A DNA stretch of 45,580 nt, taken from the NCBI GenBank assembly GCA_965603135.1, contig CBFDBV010000001.1, forward strand, positions 1 to 45,580, written 5' to 3'. Every line of letters begins with the position of its first letter. Positions within the stretch are counted from its first letter, which is position 1. Below, piece after piece: positions 16,896 through 23,716 of the stretch. This DNA comes from an uncultured bacterium (GTDB lineage: Bacteria; Armatimonadota; Zipacnadia; Zipacnadales; UBA5352). The notes under the pieces were generated by a model that was not told the origin of the DNA, did no database searches, and saw only the letters and a list, made by a program, of their open reading frames with translations. Both the position numbers and the translations under genes were made by a program.

Positions 16896-18815
16896 ATGCA
16901 CAGTCTACGTGGTAGTCTGATATGGCGATATGTCGCGATCTACGTCGCAGCTTCGATGGCGGTACCGTACGCAGTAGTCGGCTTCCCGGCAAATGCAGGG
17001 GCACAGCCGCAGCCGGTGGTCAGGACGGTGACCTGCATTGTGCTGCCTTTGCTGGACCCGACGGGCTTGGATACCGAGGTGCTCAGCGAGAAGGCCACCG
17101 ACGCCATGGCTCTGGCCCTCGAGGACTCGCGCGAGTTCGTCGTCACCTCCAAGCGCGACCTGGAGCGGGAGCTGGGGAACCTGGGCATGACGACGCCGCT
17201 CTCCGTCGAGGAGCAGGTGCGGCTCGCCAAGCGTCTCGACGTGGAGAAGGTCCTGACCGGACGGGTGACGGCGCTGGCGGTAGACGGGCGCACCGGGGAG
17301 TGTGCCGTCAAACTGCAAGTGAGAGTGCTGGATACTGCCACGGTGGAGTACCTCCAGGGGACGGAGGTGGCGATCAGGACGAAGGTAGTACCGGGATGGA
17401 CCGGGGACGAGGGCCAGGTCATCAACGAGGCACTGCGGCAGGCCGCTGAGACGGTCACCATGCAGATGCTGGGAGGCCGGATAACGACGGGCTACGTCAC
17501 CTCGGTGAACGATGTCGGGGTCGCGATCATCAATGTGGGCGCGGGGGACGGCGTGCTAGCGGGGACAGAGATGGTGCTGATGCGGCCCACCTATCAGAAG
17601 GACCTGGACGTGATGACAACGGTGAAGGTGGGTACGGTGGCCGTCGGCAAAGTGGCGTCGGATATGTGCTACGCCAGGCCCGTCGCCGGCGGCAGGGCAA
17701 AGGTGGGCGACAGGGCGTACGCCCTCTACAAGCCGCCGGTGCGGTTGGCGCTTGCGCGGCGGTCCAAAGGTATCAGCAAGGCCGCGACGTTGGTGGCGGC
17801 TCTGGGACTGGTGTTCGCGCTGGTGGAGGTGGGGTCAGGCGAGCATGTCGGCGGTGCGCCCGAAGGGGTCTGCGCGAATCTCTATCAGCAGTCGCCCGGC
17901 GATGAGGCGGTCATCAGGATACACGTGCCAAATCAGTGGGTGCCGCTGACTGAGCAGATACATGGGTGGCTGTTCTTCCGTAAAGAAGGGACGCCGAGCC
18001 TGGCACTGTCGCCCGAGAACCTGGTCGGGGTGGTGGACGAGTCGCGGCTGCCGGGGAACGTGTGGGACGACTATCCTGAGTCGGTGGCTGACCTTCAGAT
18101 AGCCTACGGGTTCATCTACTACAACGAGGAGGGGGAGCAGGAGGACGGGGATGTTGACATCGTCTACAATCATCCCCCGCTGGAGGAAGGGTCAACCTAC
18201 TACTACCGAGTGCGCCGGATCACGGAGCCGCAGTACCCGGCAGGCAGCGGCGCGCCGATCACCGCACAACAAGTGGGCACCCAGCAGCAGGTGTTCGTGG
18301 AGCCCTCCATAGACGTGGACCCGTACGACGCTCTGAGCGAAGGCAGCGCCCCCACCAACCCGGTGACGTACTTCAACCCGACGATACTGCAGTCACCTGA
18401 CGACGGAGCCCAGAACCAGTCTACGACCTCCATCACCTTCACCTGGGACGGGGCTCGGGGGGCGAACGAGTACCTCCTGCAAGTGTTCCCGGACGACGAC
18501 CCGGACTGCCTGCGCAACGCGGTCCATCAGAGTCCGGTGATGCGGCAGGGCACGGCTGGGACGATGCACTGGACCATAGACGCGAACTTCACGGCGAACA
18601 GCAGGTTCTACTGGAGAGTGGGCGCGCGGCGCTCGGGCGAGGCGGAGCCGGTGAACGGGTTCGGCAACCAGACGGGGTGGCTCTTCAGCTCGACCCGGAG
18701 CTTCAGGACGGCCGTTGCGCCACCGCCGCCGCCCGGCACGAGTTCAGCGAGCGGGCAGGCGGGCGTCACCGTGCGGCACGGCTTCTTCACACTGCCGCGT
18801 TACGAACATGAGTGA
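16896..18815 (+). CDS. Bitopic envelope protein B1: signal/anchor + LpoB/CsgG/TolB_N-like alpha/beta domain + beta-barrel-like domain + TM helix + two FN3/Ig-like domains
   Basis: ATG 16896 sits after GGGAGGGA; the ORF is open from 16842, inside the palindrome. N-terminal hydrophobic stretch IWRYVAIYVAASMAVPYAVVGFPANAGAQ. LpoB/TolB_N-like pattern (CIVLPLLDPTG...ATDAMALALEDSREFVVTSKRDLEREL...VEKVLTGRV). Internal TM RRSKGISKAATLVAALGLVFALVEVG. FN3-like signatures YYYRVRRI and FTWDGARGANEYLLQV...FYWRVGA. Confidence 0.7.
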   Translation: MHSLRGSLIWRYVAIYVAASMAVPYAVVGFPANAGAQPQPVVRTVTCIVLPLLDPTGLDTEVLSEKATDAMALALEDSREFVVTSKRDLERELGNLGMTTPLSVEEQVRLAKRLDVEKVLTGRVTALAVDGRTGECAVKLQVRVLDTATVEYLQGTEVAIRTKVVPGWTGDEGQVINEALRQAAETVTMQMLGGRITTGYVTSVNDVGVAIINVGAGDGVLAGTEMVLMRPTYQKDLDVMTTVKVGTVAVGKVASDMCYARPVAGGRAKVGDRAYALYKPPVRLALARRSKGISKAATLVAALGLVFALVEVGSGEHVGGAPEGVCANLYQQSPGDEAVIRIHVPNQWVPLTEQIHGWLFFRKEGTPSLALSPENLVGVVDESRLPGNVWDDYPESVADLQIAYGFIYYNEEGEQEDGDVDIVYNHPPLEEGSTYYYRVRRITEPQYPAGSGAPITAQQVGTQQQVFVEPSIDVDPYDALSEGSAPTNPVTYFNPTILQSPDDGAQNQSTTSITFTWDGARGANEYLLQVFPDDDPDCLRNAVHQSPVMRQGTAGTMHWTIDANFTANSRFYWRVGARRSGEAEPVNGFGNQTGWLFSSTRSFRTAVAPPPPPGTSSASGQAGVTVRHGFFTLPRYEHE

Positions 18816-18880
18816 GACGCCGAGCCCGCCGACGGGGATGTTGCGGAGGTGCGGCAACCGGGCGCGAGAGCAGGGCTTAT

Positions 18881-20209
18881 ATGGCGAGGGGAGTGGTGAG
18901 AGCAGCAGGTGCGGGGGGCCGGGCAGTGCTGGCTGCCGCGGTGCTGATGCTCACGCTGGGGCCGGAGGCGACGGGCAGCACTCATGAGTGGACGGTGGCC
19001 GCCTATCTGAGCGGCGATGGGGACCTGCGGGCGGCGGCCCACCGCTATCTGGACATGGTGGCGAGGGGGACAGACCGGCCCGGGTGGGCGGCGGCTGTGC
19101 AGCTCGATGAGACGGACGCCGAAGGGCACTGCTTGGCCAGCCGGCACCTGTGGCTGTGGGAGGACGGACAGAGGAAGCACGTAAGCGAGAGCGTTCCCGG
19201 CGACGAGGCGGGAGTGAACATGGGGGCGCGGGAGACGCTTGGCGAGTTCCTGGGATGGGTCAGAGAGCAGGCGCCGGCGCAACGATATGCTCTGATCATC
19301 ATGGGGCACGGGACCGGCCTGGCGGCGCCGGGAGGCGGTCTGGAGGGGGGCCTGGCGAACTCGGGCGTGGCGCTGGACACCAGTGCGGGAGGCGATTGTC
19401 TCAGCGCCGTGGAGCTGGCGGGCGGCATTGAGGATGGCTTTGGGGAGGGGGAGGCGCCCGGCCTGGATGCGTTGTTTCTGGACTGCTGTTACGGCGGCTG
19501 CCTGGAGGTAGCGTACGAGTTGCGGGATGCTGCGGGGTACCTCACAGGCGCGCCGGGCGAGATGCCTAACCCGGGCCTGCCCTGGGATACGATCTTGAGC
19601 AGCGTGAGCGGCGACGGCGAGGTGGAGGGCAGAGAACTGGTGGAGACCTGCCTGCGGGTGGCCCAGGAGCAGGACGGCGAGCAGACCGAGCGGGTGAGCC
19701 TGACGGCGATAGACCTGAGCGGGATGTCGAGCGCGCGGCAGAGCCTCCAGGAGTTCGCCACAGCCGCCGCCGGGCGGATGGCGGAGATAGCGCCGGCGGT
19801 GACCCTTGCGCATAGCCGTTCGGCGACCTGGGGCAGTCAGCGCGAGTTGTGCGACGCAGGCGTCCTGCTGGAGTCGCTGGCCGAACGCCTGGCGGATGAC
19901 GGTCTCGCCAGGGCCGCGCGGGCCGCAGCAGAGACAGTGAAGGCGAGCGTTGTCGGCAGAGCCGGCGAGCAGGGCGAGCAAGGCGTCGGGATAGGGATCT
20001 TCTTTCCGGGCGCGCTGAGCGGTGTGCCGGAGAGCTATGAGCCGCAGCGATGCAGCTTTGCGAGGGACAGCGGCTGGGGGGCGTTCTTGAGGGCCTATCT
20101 GCATAGATTGCGGGACTTGATGGAGCGGAAGGCAGAACGCGAAGATACGGACGGCAGCGGGGCGACAGTGCAGCCCCCGGTGGTGAAGGCGGTAGTGCAG
20201 GAAACCTAG
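18881..20209 (+). CDS. Clostripain-like cysteine peptidase (MEROPS C11, clan CD), secreted
   Basis: C11 hallmarks: WTVAAYLSGDGDLRAAAHRYLDMV, catalytic His context YALIIMGHGTG, catalytic Cys context LDALFLDCCYGGCLEVAYEL. Signal-like MARGVVRAAGAGGRAVLAAAVLMLTLGPEA. The ORF is open from GTG 18812, which overlaps the B1 stop, so the start is uncertain. Confidence 0.75.
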   Translation: MARGVVRAAGAGGRAVLAAAVLMLTLGPEATGSTHEWTVAAYLSGDGDLRAAAHRYLDMVARGTDRPGWAAAVQLDETDAEGHCLASRHLWLWEDGQRKHVSESVPGDEAGVNMGARETLGEFLGWVREQAPAQRYALIIMGHGTGLAAPGGGLEGGLANSGVALDTSAGGDCLSAVELAGGIEDGFGEGEAPGLDALFLDCCYGGCLEVAYELRDAAGYLTGAPGEMPNPGLPWDTILSSVSGDGEVEGRELVETCLRVAQEQDGEQTERVSLTAIDLSGMSSARQSLQEFATAAAGRMAEIAPAVTLAHSRSATWGSQRELCDAGVLLESLAERLADDGLARAARAAAETVKASVVGRAGEQGEQGVGIGIFFPGALSGVPESYEPQRCSFARDSGWGAFLRAYLHRLRDLMERKAEREDTDGSGATVQPPVVKAVVQET

Positions 20210-20232
20210 TTGCAGCAGGCGCTCCAAGGCTC

Positions 20233-20272
20233 GGGGGCGGGACAGTGACCCAAGGTGACTGTCCCCATCCCC
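20233..20272 (-). repeat. Palindromic element family 2, copy 2 (inverted relative to copy 1)
   Basis: Minus strand reads GGGGAT-GGGGACAGTCACC-TTG-GGTCACTGTCCC-GCCCCC. The 19-nt 5' part GGGGATGGGGACAGTCACC is identical to copy 1. The stem has one mismatch. Confidence 0.75.
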
Positions 20273-20289
20273 GAGAAGGAGGAGTCAAA

Positions 20290-23200
20290 GTGAGTCGGCT
20301 TCGTCACCGATATGTCTCCCCTTATCTCGTTGCACTGGCACTGATCCTGTCGGCGACGTCAGGGGTGGGAACGGGGTGGGCGGCCCAGGGCACCGCGCTG
20401 GAGGACCTGGCCGGGCCGTTGCGGACGCTGGCGGTGGCAGCAGCACGCGGGGAGGTGCTGCCCTTCGCGTTCCCGCTGCCTGCCAAGGGGCCCGAGGACA
20501 TGGTGCTGGTGGTGGTGGAGTTCCGCAGCGAGGCAGCCGCGGCCAACACCTCGCTGGCGCCCTACGGGGGACAGGTGCAGATACGGCGTGACCGGCGCGT
20601 GCAGGCTTTGCTGCCGGCGAGCAGCCTGTCGGCAGTGGCGGGCCTGCCGCAAGTATCGCAGGTGCGGCCGCCCCGGTATATGTACCCGCTCCAGGGCTAC
20701 GGGGCGAACTACAGCGAAGGAGTGCAGTTGTGCGGAGCGACCGCATACCACGCGGCAGGGATGTTCGGCGCCGGTGCGGACGTGGCAATACTTGACATGG
20801 GCTTTGCCGATTACGCCAACGCAGAGATACCGCCGGGCGTGAGTACCATCTCGTTCGCCTCCGGCGGGACAATGGGCACGGACTACCACGGCACTGCGTG
20901 CGCCGAGATCGTCGCGGACATGGCGCCGATGTGCAATATGACGCTCATCGCGGTTGACACGGATATGTCCGTGGAGATGGCTACGGAGTACGTGGTCAAC
21001 CAGGGCTTCGATGTCAGCTTGATGTCGCTGGGCAGCTTTGGGGGGCCCTACGACGGCACGCACCCGGAGTCGCAGGAGGTCAACCGCGCGCGCGCGGCTG
21101 GGCTGTTCTGGGTGAACTCGGCCGGGAACCACGCCGAGCGCCACTACCAGGGGCAGTTCACTGATGCAGATGGCGACGGCCTGAACGAGTTCGGCGGCGG
21201 CGACGAGACGATTGATGTCTACCTGTTCCCCGGCGTCTTCCAGGCGTTCCTTAGCTGGTATCAGACCACTCCGACCGGACTGACCAACCACGACTTCGAC
21301 CTGGTGCTGGTTGACGGGTCCGATGCGGAGATCGCGCGCTCGGGCTACAGCCAGAACGGGGACGATCCACCGGCGGACGCGCTGCTGGCCACGATAGCTG
21401 TGGAGGGCCAGTACGGTCTGAAAATCGAGTACTATGCAGGACCCGCCAACCCGGGGGACTTCTTCCAGCTCTTCCTGCCGGACTATGACGTGGAGACCCA
21501 GCATCAGGTCCCCGAGTCGAGCTTGCTCATCCCGGCCGAAGCGACGGGCGCCTACGCGGTAGGCGCCACGCGCGGGGCGGTAGACCCTAACGCGACCGTG
21601 ATGGTGCCCATAGACGGGTTGGAGCCTTTCAGCTCCCAGGGGCCGGTGGCGGGCCATCCGGAGATCATCAAGCCCAACATAACCGCGCCGGATGCGGTGA
21701 CAACGAGCCTAGCAGCGCAGGACCCGGGCCTCTCTCCGTTCTACGGTACGTCAGCAGCGGCACCGCACGTGGCGGGTGCGGCCGCGCTGGTGTTCTCTGA
21801 GGACGCGCTGAGAACCGCCGATGAGGTCGAGAAGATACTCAATGACCTGGCGTTGGACCTGCCCGGGGAGCCGGAGCCCGATCCCAACAATCAGTACGGT
21901 GAGGGTCGTCTGCGGCTGCGGGCGGGCGTGGACAGCCGGGCGCCGACGATAACGATCGCGTTCCCGCGCCACGGCGAGACCATCACAACCGCGACGCCGA
22001 CGCTCACCGCCTTCATCCAGGACGATGGCAGCGGCGTTGACCCGACCACGATCAGGATAGAGCTGAATCAGATAGAGGTCTACAATGGCAGCAGCCCCGG
22101 CCAGCAGCCCGACCCCTACGATGCGGCCACGGGCAGGCTGTCATGGCCGGACCCCGATGGTGACTGGTGGAACGCGAACGGCCCACTGGCCCACACGAAC
22201 CACATGATCATCATAGACTGCTCGGACTACTCGGCGAACGAGGCGACGAGCGCAGTCACGAACTTCCGCGTGGCCTCGGCGACCATCCCCGGAGGCGTGC
22301 ATATCGTATCGTTCCCGTACCGCGATCTGGCGGTAACCGACCCGAGCGTGGTTCTGGGCACGCCGCTGGCGGACCTGGCGATGGTGCGCTGGTGGCCGGA
22401 GGACGAGGGTAAGCTCAAGTATCACTTCTATCCCGACACGCGGGCGAGCCTGGTGCCGCCGGATTGCACGCAGGCGAATATGGACGATCGCACGGTGCCG
22501 TATCCGCCGGCAGGGCTGGCGTATTTCTTGAGCCTGCCGCAGACGGCGGTGCTGGCGATAGAGGGGATGACCCTGGACGATATCCCCAGCACGCACATCA
22601 GGCTCTATTACGGGCAACATCGGCCTCGCGGCTGGAATCTCATCGGCAATCCCTATGAGCAGCCTGTGAACTGGGGCACCGTGCAGTTCGTGACCGATGG
22701 CGTGCGCCAGGACCTGCGCGAGGCGATTGATGCGGGGGTGACGGAGGGGGTGCTGTTCGACTACGTGGGCCCGAGCGGCGGACAGGGCGGCTACTACAGC
22801 TTCACGACGGACCCGACGGCCGGGGCGCTGGAGCCGATGAAGGGCTACTGGCTGCACGTGAACCAGGACACGCGGGTTCTCGTCTACGGCGGCGGCATGG
22901 GCACTGCGGCACAGCCGACGAGTGCGCAGCCCCAGGCCGCAGCCGATGGCTGGCTGGTTAGACTGTGCGTGCGCGCGGGCGGGTATCAAGACCCGAGCAA
23001 CTACGTCGGCGTCAGCTCGGCCGCCAGCGCGGGATATGACCCGGCCCACGATGTGCCGGAGCCGCCGGCGTTGGTGGGGACGCTCCAGATGTATATGCCG
23101 CGACCGGGCTGGGGGAGGCACGCGGGGCGCTACGCCAAGGACGTAAGAGGAACAACGGACAGCGGTCAGTGGGATGTCGAGGTGCTCTGCGAACTGGCTG

Positions 23201-23685
23201 ACAGCGAGGTCGAGATCACCTGGCCGCAGTTGAACGCCCAGGTGCCCGGCGAGGTGAAGCTGGTTCTGGAGGACCTGGACGGCGGCAGGCAGGTGTATAT
23301 GCGGACTGCCTCGGCATATCGCTTCCGCAGCGGGCCTGAGGGGTGTGTGCGCCACCTGAGAATCCGGGCCGAGACGGGGAGCGACCGGATGCTGACGCTG
23401 AGCGGCGTGGCGGCGGCGAGGGCGGCCGGAGGCGGGGCGGTGTTCACCTACGCGGTCTCGAGGACGGCGGAGGTGACGGTCGAGGTGAGGAACATCGCGG
23501 GCCGGCTGGTGAAGATGTTCACGCCGCGACGGGTTGAGGGTGGCGGGCAGCAGAGCCTGGTCTGGAACGGGATGAGCCAGTTCGGCAGCCCGGTTCCGGC
23601 GGGCCGCTACCTGGTGCGGCTCACGGCGCGAGCGGAAGATGGGCAGACCGTGCAGGGGATCCGGCCGTTCGAGATTATGCGATAA
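20290..23685 (+). CDS. Secreted subtilisin-family serine protease (S8) carrying the shared C-terminal module
   Basis: GTG 20290 sits 7 nt after AAGGAGGAG. Signal peptide YLVALALILSATSGVGTGWAAQG. Catalytic triad contexts GADVAILDMGF (Asp), DYHGTACAEIVADMAP (His), FYGTSAAAPHVAGAAALV (Ser), with oxyanion VNSAGNHA. Ig-like insert APTITIAFPRHGETITTATPTLTAFIQDDGSGVDPTTIRIEL. C-terminal module 22285-23682. Confidence 0.9.
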   Translation: MSRLRHRYVSPYLVALALILSATSGVGTGWAAQGTALEDLAGPLRTLAVAAARGEVLPFAFPLPAKGPEDMVLVVVEFRSEAAAANTSLAPYGGQVQIRRDRRVQALLPASSLSAVAGLPQVSQVRPPRYMYPLQGYGANYSEGVQLCGATAYHAAGMFGAGADVAILDMGFADYANAEIPPGVSTISFASGGTMGTDYHGTACAEIVADMAPMCNMTLIAVDTDMSVEMATEYVVNQGFDVSLMSLGSFGGPYDGTHPESQEVNRARAAGLFWVNSAGNHAERHYQGQFTDADGDGLNEFGGGDETIDVYLFPGVFQAFLSWYQTTPTGLTNHDFDLVLVDGSDAEIARSGYSQNGDDPPADALLATIAVEGQYGLKIEYYAGPANPGDFFQLFLPDYDVETQHQVPESSLLIPAEATGAYAVGATRGAVDPNATVMVPIDGLEPFSSQGPVAGHPEIIKPNITAPDAVTTSLAAQDPGLSPFYGTSAAAPHVAGAAALVFSEDALRTADEVEKILNDLALDLPGEPEPDPNNQYGEGRLRLRAGVDSRAPTITIAFPRHGETITTATPTLTAFIQDDGSGVDPTTIRIELNQIEVYNGSSPGQQPDPYDAATGRLSWPDPDGDWWNANGPLAHTNHMIIIDCSDYSANEATSAVTNFRVASATIPGGVHIVSFPYRDLAVTDPSVVLGTPLADLAMVRWWPEDEGKLKYHFYPDTRASLVPPDCTQANMDDRTVPYPPAGLAYFLSLPQTAVLAIEGMTLDDIPSTHIRLYYGQHRPRGWNLIGNPYEQPVNWGTVQFVTDGVRQDLREAIDAGVTEGVLFDYVGPSGGQGGYYSFTTDPTAGALEPMKGYWLHVNQDTRVLVYGGGMGTAAQPTSAQPQAAADGWLVRLCVRAGGYQDPSNYVGVSSAASAGYDPAHDVPEPPALVGTLQMYMPRPGWGRHAGRYAKDVRGTTDSGQWDVEVLCELADSEVEITWPQLNAQVPGEVKLVLEDLDGGRQVYMRTASAYRFRSGPEGCVRHLRIRAETGSDRMLTLSGVAAARAAGGGAVFTYAVSRTAEVTVEVRNIAGRLVKMFTPRRVEGGGQQSLVWNGMSQFGSPVPAGRYLVRLTARAEDGQTVQGIRPFEIMR

Positions 23686-23716
23686 TCGCCTGGGTACGAG
23701 AGGAGCTGACTGCCCG

